Source: a virus (lineage: Duplodnaviria; Heunggongvirae; Uroviricota; Caudoviricetes). Taken from it: a DNA stretch of 36,507 nucleotides. The position numbers were made by a program, and so were the translations under genes. The notes under the pieces are model-generated. The model made no database searches and was not told the DNA's origin. It saw only the letters and a program-made list of their open reading frames with translations. This document shows, piece after piece, positions 8,987-18,129 of this stretch (within the stretch, counting starts at the first letter, position 1; every line of letters starts with the position of its first letter). The stretch lies in IMG/VR virus record IMGVR_UViG_2563366882_000002; one strand, given 5' to 3'.

Positions 8987-9727
8987 TCAGTTTTCTTTGA
9001 ATTTTTCACTTAATCGTTTCGTCAATACTTCGACAGATTCTTTGCGACCGGAGAACAAGTCATTGACGACGTACTCCATAATCTCAAAAGCATCCTCAAT
9101 GTCTTTGACTTTTACTTCATCGTAGGTATGGCTTCCGGCATTTCCTAAAAATTTAATTGCCATAAGAGGTCTTGAAAACGATCCGTATAATTCAGGTAGC
9201 ATCCCTAAACGGTGGTGTAGAGTTATGCGTTTGCCATTATCATTACGTTCAGCTACATCCATAGCGGTTAGCATTCTTTCAACTGAAATTCGAATTAGGT
9301 TTGCTGCTGCGCCAGGCTGTATTAGGAAAATGGAAAATGAGGCTTCAAGCGGTTCGGTAATTTCTTCTGGGCATTTTTCAGGTATTTCGAAAGGATGCAG
9401 TGATGGGTAAAAGGTGAAAGGTCTGTGCCATTGATAGTACTCAATATCATTTCTTTCTTCATCCCAACCTTGTTCCCATCCACTCTTACCAGTACAGGCC
9501 ACAACTTCACCACATTGCATTCTTGAACAGCGGGCCATGCAACTGAAAATAGATGAATCCATTTCTAGTTCAAACCAATCTTCACTGCGGAATTTTCGGG
9601 TATCATGTGTGTCATACGAGACGAAACTTTCTTTAATGATCTGTAGGGTTTTCTGATTGCAGTTAGGGCAGGGCCACTCAACCTGCATATCGTGGAAAAA
9701 CGCACCAGAGAGCTTGTGCACAGTCAT
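8987..9727 (-). CDS. Zn-ribbon + DUF4145-like protein, candidate abortive-infection/defence gene
   Basis: 246 aa; CPNC...CMARCSRMQCGE cysteine cluster; C-terminal IKFLGNAGSH...helical region resembling DUF4145 (from memory); AT-rich; sits at the P2 tin/old position. Confidence 0.45.
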   Translation of the reverse strand: MTVHKLSGAFFHDMQVEWPCPNCNQKTLQIIKESFVSYDTHDTRKFRSEDWFELEMDSSIFSCMARCSRMQCGEVVACTGKSGWEQGWDEERNDIEYYQWHRPFTFYPSLHPFEIPEKCPEEITEPLEASFSIFLIQPGAAANLIRISVERMLTAMDVAERNDNGKRITLHHRLGMLPELYGSFSRPLMAIKFLGNAGSHTYDEVKVKDIEDAFEIMEYVVNDLFSGRKESVEVLTKRLSEKFKEN

Positions 9728-9997
9728 TCTTTGTGTTCCTCATTTTTATGATTGGTAGGGATTGTATCTTCATACACGATTACAGTTGCATTAAAGATAA
9801 GCCATAGCAAGCTACTGGAAAAGAGACGAAACAGTTGGGCATATCAGATGTTTTTTCTTAAGGTAAGTTGTTGTGCATGCCTATACTGCATGAGATTGCA
9901 TGATCGTTTGAGGATCGTTATTGCTAAGGCCCACCAGAACTGGCGGGCTTTTGCGTAGAGCATGCAGGTGCATGAAAACAACTACATAAAGCGGGCA

Positions 9998-10016
9998 GGC
10001 GTGGCGGGGATACGAG
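9998..10016. other. candidate cos cohesive-end site (GGCGTGGCGGGGATACGAG)
   Basis: first 13 nt match my recollection of the 186/P2 19-nt cohesive end; located where P2 cos lies in the prophage map. Confidence 0.4.
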
Positions 10017-10168
10017 CGCGCGCTAAGTCATATAAGAGTTATATATTGATTTGATTGCTGGACATGCATACAGTATCGCTCTATCATCTAATAAATCTTA
10101 GAGTATTTGACAATGTTTGGATAAAATGGAACCTAACTTATTCATAATCCGCTAAACAGGGATGTCAG

Positions 10169-11083
10169 ATGCCATACCAATTGGTAGAGCTTAGCCCCGT
10201 AGCTAACGATCTTGAACAGTTAGGAACCAAAGAGAAGTTTTGGTTCTATTTCTCCGATGACACTGTAAATTTGCAGTTGTTTAAGTACTCTAGGCCAGGT
10301 ACTGGCGAGCATTGGTCTGAAAAGTGTGCTGCTGAGTTATGTCATTTGCTTAACATTCCACATGCTAGCTATGATTTGGCGCGATACAATGGTCGATTCG
10401 GTGTGGTGACTCAGAATATCATTCCATCTGGTTTCCGGATGGTAATGGGAAATGAAGTGCTTCACAGTTCGACATTCGATTATCCTGGGCCTTTACAAGC
10501 CGGGGAAAAGCCGGTAAGGGTCAGAGAACACACTGTCACAAGGGTATTGGGTTGTTTGGATAGGGAATCTATCAAGCCTCCTCCGAGTGTATATGATCTA
10601 ACCGGACTAAATGCAGCAGATGTATTTTGTGGATATTTGATGCTCGATGCACTTGTGAGTAATCAAGATCGCCATCATGAAAATTGGGCGATCATGCTTA
10701 ACAATGAAACTGGTGAGCAGTTTTTGTGTCCAACATACGATCATGCCGCTAGTTTAGGAAGGGAGATGTTAGATGATGAGCGTAACGAACGGCTTAATAC
10801 TAAAGATAAAAATCGACAAATCCCATGTTTTGTAAGAAAAGCTCGCTCTGAGCTATTCAAAGCAAAAACTGATAAAAAGCCCTTGCTGACCGTTGAAGCA
10901 TTTCAACATGCAGTTGAAGGGAGAGTTGCCGCTCGCGACCATTGGTTAGGTAAGTTGAGCGTTTTAACAGAAGATTCCATTACAGATGTGTTTAACCAAG
11001 TGCCTTCATCGTGTATATCCGACAGTGCACGTAGATTTGCAACGTTAATGGTAATGGAAAATCGCAGAAGGTTACTAGAATGA
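10169..11083 (+). CDS. HipA-like Ser/Thr kinase (HipA_C-only, HipT-like short form)
   Basis: 304 aa; GTKEKFW, LVSNQDRHHENWAI and CPTYDHAASLG motifs in HipA order and spacing; AT-rich. Confidence 0.6.
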   Translation: MPYQLVELSPVANDLEQLGTKEKFWFYFSDDTVNLQLFKYSRPGTGEHWSEKCAAELCHLLNIPHASYDLARYNGRFGVVTQNIIPSGFRMVMGNEVLHSSTFDYPGPLQAGEKPVRVREHTVTRVLGCLDRESIKPPPSVYDLTGLNAADVFCGYLMLDALVSNQDRHHENWAIMLNNETGEQFLCPTYDHAASLGREMLDDERNERLNTKDKNRQIPCFVRKARSELFKAKTDKKPLLTVEAFQHAVEGRVAARDHWLGKLSVLTEDSITDVFNQVPSSCISDSARRFATLMVMENRRRLLE

Positions 11084-11820
11084 CTAATACAAACTCCGTT
11101 TACGTCGCATGGCAGGCACCAGATACCAGAGACTGGCATGTTGTTGGTAACTTGCAAGAGCGCAAATCGGGGTATGTTTTCAGGTATACCAAAGGTGCTC
11201 TTAAATCTACTAAATTTACAAAGTTTAGCGGCATGAGTGATGTTCGTGAAACTTATGTTTCGGAAGAATTGTTTCCTCTTTTTAAAAATCGCCTTTTATC
11301 ACCGAGACGTCCAGAGTATCCGAGTTTCATTAAATGGCTTGGATTTGAAGAAGATAAGGTAAATCCTATCGATATTCTTGCTCGCTCGGGAGGCTTACGA
11401 AGCACTGATCAGCTGCAGATTTTCAAAAAAATTGATGTTGATTCTGATGGTAACTTTGAGCATTTTTTCTTCTTACATGGACTTGGTTACTTAAATAGCT
11501 TAGCTAATGCTCGTGTATCTGAATTGAAACCGGGGCAAATTTTGCGTCTTTGCTTGGATCTTCAAAATGAATACGATGGGGATGCTGTTGTCGTTCGTGC
11601 AGATAAACCAGCTGAAATCGTTGGTTACTGCCCTAGGTATTTAAGTAATGATATCAAGAAGATGTTATTGGATGATCCAAAATCAATCACTTTAACGGTC
11701 GAAAAGATTAGCGATGATGCTCCTCATAACTATCGGTTATTATGTAAATTATCAGGAGTACTAAGCCAAGCCTGTCAATCGACGCTGATTCCTCAGGATG
11801 AGTTTGAACCTATTGAGTAA
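11080..11820 (+). CDS. HIRAN-domain protein, partner of the HipA-like kinase
   Basis: 246 aa; ATGA start/stop overlap with the kinase gene; C-terminal GLGYLNS...LRLCLDLQNEYDGDAVVVRADKPAEIVGYCPRYL resembles HIRAN. Confidence 0.5.
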   Translation: MTNTNSVYVAWQAPDTRDWHVVGNLQERKSGYVFRYTKGALKSTKFTKFSGMSDVRETYVSEELFPLFKNRLLSPRRPEYPSFIKWLGFEEDKVNPIDILARSGGLRSTDQLQIFKKIDVDSDGNFEHFFFLHGLGYLNSLANARVSELKPGQILRLCLDLQNEYDGDAVVVRADKPAEIVGYCPRYLSNDIKKMLLDDPKSITLTVEKISDDAPHNYRLLCKLSGVLSQACQSTLIPQDEFEPIE

Positions 11821-11826
11821 ATGAAG

Positions 11827-11850
11827 AAAAGCCACCAAACGGTGGCTTTT
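11827..11850. terminator. bidirectional Rho-independent terminator (aaaagccacc-aaac-ggtggctttt)
   Basis: perfect 10-bp stem, 4-nt loop, A-run before and T-run after; between convergent 3' ends. Confidence 0.65.
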
Positions 11851-11854
11851 CTTA

Positions 11855-12895
11855 TTATGGGACTATATCTAGCGAGTAGGTATTAAACTGTATCGCCTCC
11901 TTGCCAAGCCAATCATTCATCTCCTGTAATCGCTTTTGTAGTGGCATTAGCTCATTTCGGACGAATACACGGCTTGCCTTTTCCACATCCCCAAACCCCC
12001 CAACATTATTCGGCATAATCCCCATCATTTGCGGCGGCACGCGGTGCGCTGCCATCATGTCATCCCGACTCACGTTCTTGATGTTAAGAAATTCATCCTT
12101 CGCCGCGACTTCTGACAATGGGATGATCTGAAGCCCGTCTTTTTTGCCGTTAGGTGAGTACATAAACAGGTTGCGGAAGTTGCCTGGACCTTTGGCGCTT
12201 TTCATCGCGTTGCGGAGGTTGTTCACATCCTCCTGATTCTGCGCGGCATCGGTCATGTACATGATGAAGCCTGCATGGCTGCCGTTGATGTAATACTTAC
12301 GGCGGAACAACGTGGCGGACTCGTTGAGCAGGGCTGACGGAATGGCAGAAAGATAACCGGGCAGGCCGTAGATCTCTTGGTTGATATCCGGTTCCATCAG
12401 ATGAAAGATGCTGCCTTTCGTGAACTGATACGGCTGCGTAGTCATGCCGTATTGCACAAACCAGTAGGTATCCAGGTCTAACCCGCGTCGGGTGTATTTT
12501 GCCAGCGCAGGTTCAAGGGCGATAACTTCACCGAAGCGGTTCGTGCGTTTCTCCAGGTAGGCGTTACCAAATACCAGATAGTCCTGCACAAAACGTGAAA
12601 AAGCCTGCTGGCTGAGCAGCGGGTGAGGGATATAGGTGCTGGTCAGAATGTTGCACTTTACTGCAATCGGTGAGCTGTGGTGTACGGCGGCGCGGAATGT
12701 TCGCGCCAGGCCGTCGAAACTCACAGGCGGCTCATACCAGCGGTCCATCTGTACGCATTCCACATAGTCCAGCAGTTCGCGACGGTCCAGAACAGGAACG
12801 GGATCGCCGAAGCTGAATGCTTCGGCTGAAGTCTGGCTTTTATGCTGGATCTGATTCATCGCCGCTGCGCGGTTTTTCTTACTCTTTCCCATCAA
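11855..12895 (-). CDS. Q: portal protein (P2 gpQ-like)
   Basis: 346 aa vs P2 Q about 344; P2 synteny. Confidence 0.8.
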   Translation of the reverse strand: MMGKSKKNRAAAMNQIQHKSQTSAEAFSFGDPVPVLDRRELLDYVECVQMDRWYEPPVSFDGLARTFRAAVHHSSPIAVKCNILTSTYIPHPLLSQQAFSRFVQDYLVFGNAYLEKRTNRFGEVIALEPALAKYTRRGLDLDTYWFVQYGMTTQPYQFTKGSIFHLMEPDINQEIYGLPGYLSAIPSALLNESATLFRRKYYINGSHAGFIMYMTDAAQNQEDVNNLRNAMKSAKGPGNFRNLFMYSPNGKKDGLQIIPLSEVAAKDEFLNIKNVSRDDMMAAHRVPPQMMGIMPNNVGGFGDVEKASRVFVRNELMPLQKRLQEMNDWLGKEAIQFNTYSLDIVP

Positions 12896-14658
12896 AAAAT
12901 CTCCACAATATTGCTGGTATTGGCGGATTCGCCCTGCAGCGGTTCGTTAAACAGTGCGTGCATCGTTGCCCAGGCCAGATCGGCGTGGCTGGCTTCTTCG
13001 CTGCGGCTGGCTTCATAGGTTGGGCGGTTGCCGCTCGCGGTGGTGGCGCGACGGATTGCCATGAATGACTGCGCTATGTCGGTGTGTCCGGCGTCAAACT
13101 CCAGACGGCGGTGGCTGATAATGTCGTAGGCCTTGAGTACCAGGGCGTTTTTAACATTGGGGTTATAGACAAACTCCCGGACGGCTGGAAAAAACGCTTT
13201 CACGTTCTCGTAAACCCCGTGGCCGACACCTGTCGAGTCGATGCCGATGTAGGTCACGTTGTACTGCTCGGTCAGTTTTTTGATGGCGTCAGCCTGGGCG
13301 CGGAAGTCCATCCCACGCCACTGGTGACGCTCAAGAATGCGGAACTTACCACCAGGCACGGCTGGCGGTGCCACCACTACGCATCCGGCGCTGTCGCCGT
13401 TTTGCGTACCTTTTGCCGGGTCATAACCGATCCACACTTCGCGCCAGCCAAACGGGCGCAGAGCCAGTGCATGAAAGTCGGTCCAGACTTCCCAGCTGTC
13501 CACCATGCACGCCTGCAGCTCGCTGAGCGGGAACACGGACGCGAGATCGTCCACAAACTCGCACATCAGCAGGTTCTGGTATTCGTCCGGGCTGTACTCC
13601 ATGCGCAACTGGTCAAGGTCGAACAGGTTACAGCCGCCGCGCACCGCATCTTCCACGGTGACTATCTGGCGGTATTGCCCGTCTGCGCACAGCAGGCCGG
13701 GGGCCAGATTGCTGTGGGACAGGTCGATGTCCACCTTGTCGGCCTTGTTGCGCCCACGGTTGAACAGCGCACCGGACCAGAACGGATAAGCACTGTGTGT
13801 CAGGCTGGATGGCGTGGAAAAATAGGTTTGTCGCCATTTTTTGTGAATAGCCATACCGGAAGCCACTTTGCGCAGCTCCTGGAATTTCGGTATCCAGAAA
13901 TATTCATCCAGATACAGGTTGCCGTGATAACTCTGGGCCGTGCGGGCATTGGTGCCGAGGAAGTAAAGCGTGGCTCCGTTAGGAAGCACCATCGGATCGC
14001 CTTTCAGCTCCACCTCGACTTCTTTGGCGAAGTCTATGATGTACTGCTTAAAGACGTGAGCCTGTGCCTTACTGGCAGAAAGGAAAATCTGGTTACGTCC
14101 GGTAAGCAGGGCGTCAATCAGGGCTTCACGGGCAAAGTAAAAGGTCGCGCCGATCTGGCGTGACTTCAGCAGGTTGCGGATGCGGTTGGTTTTTCCGGCT
14201 TCCCACCAGTGGCGCTGGTAGTTGAACATGGAGGAATGGAAAATTTCTTCCAGCTTCTCAATCTGTTCATCGGTGAAAACATTCTTTTCCGGCTGACGGC
14301 GCGGGCCTTTGTTGCGGTTGGCGACGTTAGGGTTTAAGTCGGCTTCGTTACCGCCATTGTTAAACTTGCCGATCCGCGCGTGGCGCTCCGACTGGCGCGC
14401 CAGCAGGTCAATTTCTTTGAAATCTTTCCCTTCTTTGTGCTCCTTCATAATGAGCTGGCAGTAGCGTGCGGCGGTGGTGAGCTGCATCTGATCCAGCGGC
14501 CCATAGTCACCCCACTTGTCGCGTTTTTTCCAGCTGTGAACGGTTGCAACTTTCTCGCCCAGCATTTCAGCAATGCGGGCTACGCGGTATCCCTGAAAGT
14601 ACAGCAGCATGGCCTGCCGACGGGGATCGAGATCTGCGGGTGTCAGTGTGGTGTTCAT
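12892..14658 (-). CDS. P: terminase large subunit (P2 gpP-like)
   Basis: 588 aa vs P2 P about 590; overlaps Q start. Confidence 0.8.
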   Translation of the reverse strand: MNTTLTPADLDPRRQAMLLYFQGYRVARIAEMLGEKVATVHSWKKRDKWGDYGPLDQMQLTTAARYCQLIMKEHKEGKDFKEIDLLARQSERHARIGKFNNGGNEADLNPNVANRNKGPRRQPEKNVFTDEQIEKLEEIFHSSMFNYQRHWWEAGKTNRIRNLLKSRQIGATFYFAREALIDALLTGRNQIFLSASKAQAHVFKQYIIDFAKEVEVELKGDPMVLPNGATLYFLGTNARTAQSYHGNLYLDEYFWIPKFQELRKVASGMAIHKKWRQTYFSTPSSLTHSAYPFWSGALFNRGRNKADKVDIDLSHSNLAPGLLCADGQYRQIVTVEDAVRGGCNLFDLDQLRMEYSPDEYQNLLMCEFVDDLASVFPLSELQACMVDSWEVWTDFHALALRPFGWREVWIGYDPAKGTQNGDSAGCVVVAPPAVPGGKFRILERHQWRGMDFRAQADAIKKLTEQYNVTYIGIDSTGVGHGVYENVKAFFPAVREFVYNPNVKNALVLKAYDIISHRRLEFDAGHTDIAQSFMAIRRATTASGNRPTYEASRSEEASHADLAWATMHALFNEPLQGESANTSNIVEIF

Positions 14659-14704
14659 GGCACAAACCTACAGCCTTGAATGAAGGCTTTCCCCGCCTGC
14701 GGTT

Positions 14705-14722
14705 TGTGTGGTTGTCGGTACA
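14705..14722. promoter_or_regulatory. Ogr-type late promoter element TGT-N12-ACA in the P/O divergent region
   Basis: TGTgtggttgtcggtACA, about 80 bp upstream of O. Confidence 0.5.
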
Positions 14723-14800
14723 AATACCGCGCATTGTTTCACTGCCCCCATCACCGCAACCATAAGGCTCCAGTAAGTTTTTTCTAACGGAGCACGGCTC

Positions 14801-15634
14801 ATGACAGTGAAAGCAAAGCGTTTTCGCATCGGGGTGGAAGGTGCCACCACCGACGGACGCGAAATCCAGCGTGAATGGCTGGAACAGATGGCAGCCAGCT
14901 ACAACCCGGCGGTGTATACCGCGCTGATTAACCTTGAGCACATCAAGTCTTATCTGCCGGACAGCACCTTTAACCGCTACGGCAAGGTGACGGCGCTGTT
15001 TGCTGAAGAAATCACGGAAGGTCCGCTGGCAGGCAAGATGGCGCTGTATGCCGACGTTGAGCCAACGGAGTCCCTGGTGGAACTGGTGAAAAAAGGCCAG
15101 AAATTATTCACCTCTATGGAAGTCAGCCCGAAGTTCGCTGATACGGGCAAAGCCTACCTGGTCGGCCTGGCTGCCACTGATGACCCTGCCAGTCTGGGCA
15201 CTGAAATGCTGACATTCAGCGCCAGTGCAGCCCATAACCCGCTGGCAAACCGCAAGCAGAATCCTGCCAATCTCTTTACCGCTGCAGAGGAAACGGTGAT
15301 CGAACTGGAAGAAATCCAGGATGACAAACCGTCCCTGTTTGCCCGTGTCACGGCGCTGTTCACCAAAAAAGAGCAGTCCGATGACGCCCGGTTCTCTGAT
15401 GTGCATAAGGCCGTGGAGCTGGTCGCCACTGAGCAGCAGAACCTGAGCGCACGCACCGAAAAATCCCTGTCTGAGCAGGAAGAACGTCTGTCTGAGCTGG
15501 AGACTGCCCTGCAGGCACAGCAGACCGCCTTTAACGAACTGGTGAATAAGCTGAGTCATGAAGACAGCCGCCAGGACTACCGCCAGCGTGCAACAGGCGG
15601 TAACGCCCCCGCTGACACTCTGACCAATTGCTGA
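14801..15634 (+). CDS. O: capsid scaffolding protein (P2 gpO-like)
   Basis: 277 aa; synteny. Confidence 0.75.
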   Translation: MTVKAKRFRIGVEGATTDGREIQREWLEQMAASYNPAVYTALINLEHIKSYLPDSTFNRYGKVTALFAEEITEGPLAGKMALYADVEPTESLVELVKKGQKLFTSMEVSPKFADTGKAYLVGLAATDDPASLGTEMLTFSASAAHNPLANRKQNPANLFTAAEETVIELEEIQDDKPSLFARVTALFTKKEQSDDARFSDVHKAVELVATEQQNLSARTEKSLSEQEERLSELETALQAQQTAFNELVNKLSHEDSRQDYRQRATGGNAPADTLTNC

Positions 15635-15650
15635 TGGAGCACAAAACCTG

Positions 15651-16709
15651 ATGAAGAAGAATACCCGCTTTGCTTTTAACGCTTACCTGCAGCAGCTGGC
15701 GCGTCTGAACGGTGTGGCAGTTGAAGAACTGTCCAGCAAGTTCACCGTGGAGCCGTCTGTGCAGCAGACGCTGGAAGACCAGATCCAGCAATCCGCCGCT
15801 TTCCTGACGCTGATTAACGTCACGCCAGTGACCGAGCAGTCTGGTCAGCTGCTGGGGCTGGGTGTTGGCAGCACCATTGCCGGAACCACTGATACCACCG
15901 CAAAAGAGCGTGAGCCTGTCGATCCGACGCTGATGGTCGATGTGGAATACAAATGCGAGCAGACCAACTTTGACACGGTGCTGACCTACGCGAAGCTGGA
16001 CCTGTGGGCGAAGTTTCAGGATTTCCAGGTGCGTATTCGTGACGCGATCGTGAAACGTCAGGCACTGGACCGCATCATGATCGGCTTTAACGGCGTGAAG
16101 CGTGCGAAAACCTCAAACCGTAGCGAAAACCCGCTGCTGCAGGATGTGAATAAAGGCTGGCTGCAGAAAATCCGTGAAGATGCACCGGATCACGTCATGG
16201 GCAGCACCACCACGGGCGGTGAAACCACACCGGGTGCGGTGAAAGTCGGGAAAGGTGGCGAATATGCCAACCTGGACGCCGTGGTGATGGATGCCGTCAA
16301 TGAGCTTATCGACGTGGTCTACCAGGACGATGACGATCTGGTGGTGATTTGCGGTCGTGAACTGTTGTCTGACAAGTATTTCCCACTGGTCAACAAAGAG
16401 CAGGAAAACAGTGAAAAACTGGCTGCCGATATGATCATCAGTCAGAAACGCATGGGTGGCCTGCAGGCGGTGCGTGCGCCGTTCTTCCCGCCGAATGCGC
16501 TGCTGATCACCCGTCTGGATAACCTGTCCATCTACTGGCAGGAAGATACCCGCCGCCGTTCAGTTATCGACAACCCGAAACGTGACCGGATTGAAAATTT
16601 TGAATCCGTTAACGAAGCCTATGTGGTTGAGGACTACCGCTGCGCCGCACTGGTGGAAAACATCCAGATTGGCGATTTCAGCGCCGCTGCAGCAGAAACC
16701 GGAGCGTAA
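15651..16709 (+). CDS. N: major capsid protein (P2 gpN-like)
   Basis: 352 aa vs P2 N about 357. Confidence 0.8.
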   Translation: MKKNTRFAFNAYLQQLARLNGVAVEELSSKFTVEPSVQQTLEDQIQQSAAFLTLINVTPVTEQSGQLLGLGVGSTIAGTTDTTAKEREPVDPTLMVDVEYKCEQTNFDTVLTYAKLDLWAKFQDFQVRIRDAIVKRQALDRIMIGFNGVKRAKTSNRSENPLLQDVNKGWLQKIREDAPDHVMGSTTTGGETTPGAVKVGKGGEYANLDAVVMDAVNELIDVVYQDDDDLVVICGRELLSDKYFPLVNKEQENSEKLAADMIISQKRMGGLQAVRAPFFPPNALLITRLDNLSIYWQEDTRRRSVIDNPKRDRIENFESVNEAYVVEDYRCAALVENIQIGDFSAAAAETGA

Positions 16710-16712
16710 TCC

Positions 16713-17363
16713 ATGAGCCTGAGTCCCGCACGGCAGCATCGCCTGCGCGTTCAGGCTGAACAGGCCGCCCGCGAGGGCGGCAGTGTTCGCCACGCATCGG
16801 GCTATGACCTGATGCTGCTGCAACTGGCGGAAGACCGCCGCCGTCTCAAGGGCGTTCAGTCCACGGTCAAAAAAGCGGAAATCAAGGTGGAGCTGCTGCC
16901 GAAGTACGCCGCCTGGGCAGAGGGTGTCCTGGCTGCCGGAGGCGCTCAACAGGATGACGTGCTGATGTACGTGATGCTGTGGCGCATTGATGCCGGAGAT
17001 TATGCCGGAGCGCTGGAGATCGGGCGTCATGCCCTGCGTCATGGCTGGGTGATGCCGCTGGGTAACCGCAACGTGCAGACCGTGCTGGCAGAGGAAATGG
17101 CAGACGCCGCGCAGAGCGCAATGCTTGCCGCCACCGGCTTTGATGCCGATCTGTTGCTGCAGACGCTGGAGCTGACAGACGGTCTGGATATGCCGGACCA
17201 GTCACGGGCGCGTCTGCATAAAGCGATTGGCGCTGTCCTGAGTGAAAGCAATCCGGCGTCCGCCCTTAATCATCTCAACCATGCGTTACAGCTCGATCCC
17301 CGCTGTGGCGTGAAAAAAGACAAACAGCAGCTGGAGCGCAGACTGCGCAATGACAGCCGCTGA
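16713..17363 (+). CDS. M: terminase small subunit (P2 gpM-like)
   Basis: 216 aa; synteny. Confidence 0.7.
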   Translation: MSLSPARQHRLRVQAEQAAREGGSVRHASGYDLMLLQLAEDRRRLKGVQSTVKKAEIKVELLPKYAAWAEGVLAAGGAQQDDVLMYVMLWRIDAGDYAGALEIGRHALRHGWVMPLGNRNVQTVLAEEMADAAQSAMLAATGFDADLLLQTLELTDGLDMPDQSRARLHKAIGAVLSESNPASALNHLNHALQLDPRCGVKKDKQQLERRLRNDSR

Positions 17364-17458
17364 CAGAACGTGCCCCCGCGCACGGGCGGCACGGGGTGGC
17401 GAAAGGCACAGCCTCATCAAAACCCCGTCCACCGCCCTCTATTTCAGGAGAAAGCAGC

Positions 17459-17923
17459 ATGAAGTTTGTTGCGCCAGAACAGGCACCGGAACAGGCGGAA
17501 ATCATCAGAAATACGCCGTTCTGGCCTGATGTGGACCTGTCGGAGTTTCGCAGTGTCATGCGCACTGACGGCACGGTGACTCAGCCGCGTTTAAAGCAGG
17601 TTGCCCTGTCGGCAATTTCGGAGGTCAACGCAGAGCTGTATGAGTTTCGCAGACGCCAGCAGATGCTGGGGTATGCCTCGCTGGCAGAGGTTCCGGCGGA
17701 ACAGCTGGACGGGAAAAGTGAGCGCATTCAGCACTATTTCAACGCGGTTTACTGCTGGGCACGCGCCATGCTCAACGAACGATACCAGGACTATGACGCC
17801 ACGGCATCCGGTGTGAAGCGAGGCGAAGAACTGGCGGAAGCCAGCGGTGATTTGTGGCGTGACGCCCGCTGGGCCATCAGCCGGGTGCAGGATGCGCCGC
17901 ACTGCACAGTGGAGCTTATCTGA
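17459..17923 (+). CDS. L: head completion protein (P2 gpL-like)
   Basis: start ATG 17459 after CAGGAG; the longer ORF start at 17396 lacks an RBS. Confidence 0.7.
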   Translation: MKFVAPEQAPEQAEIIRNTPFWPDVDLSEFRSVMRTDGTVTQPRLKQVALSAISEVNAELYEFRRRQQMLGYASLAEVPAEQLDGKSERIQHYFNAVYCWARAMLNERYQDYDATASGVKRGEELAEASGDLWRDARWAISRVQDAPHCTVELI

Positions 17924-18126
17924 TGAAAGTGCGTGCGTATCAGTATGACACGGTGGACGCGCTTTGCTGGCGTCATTACGGGCGCACGCAGGGTGTCACG
18001 GAGCAGGTACTGAAGGCAAATCCGGGGCTTGCCGAATACGGCCCCTTTTTACCTCACGGGCTGCAGGTGGAGCTGCCGGACATACCGACCACCACCACCG
18101 TGCAGACCGTCCAGCTATGGGACTGA
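17923..18126 (+). CDS. X: tail protein X
   Basis: 67 aa, identical length to P2 X. Confidence 0.65.
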   Translation: MKVRAYQYDTVDALCWRHYGRTQGVTEQVLKANPGLAEYGPFLPHGLQVELPDIPTTTTVQTVQLWD

Positions 18127-18129
18127 ATT

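Noticed and set aside
8388-10076. Exact 13-mer atgcatacagtat present at 8388..8400 and 10064..10076
   Set aside because: A few exact 13-mer repeats are expected by chance in 36.5 kb; only the second copy sits in a CTG-N10-CAG frame, reported separately as a weak motif.
13084-14163. 359-aa plus-strand ORF antisense to the terminase large subunit gene
   Set aside because: Shadow ORF of a conserved gene; no RBS or operon logic.
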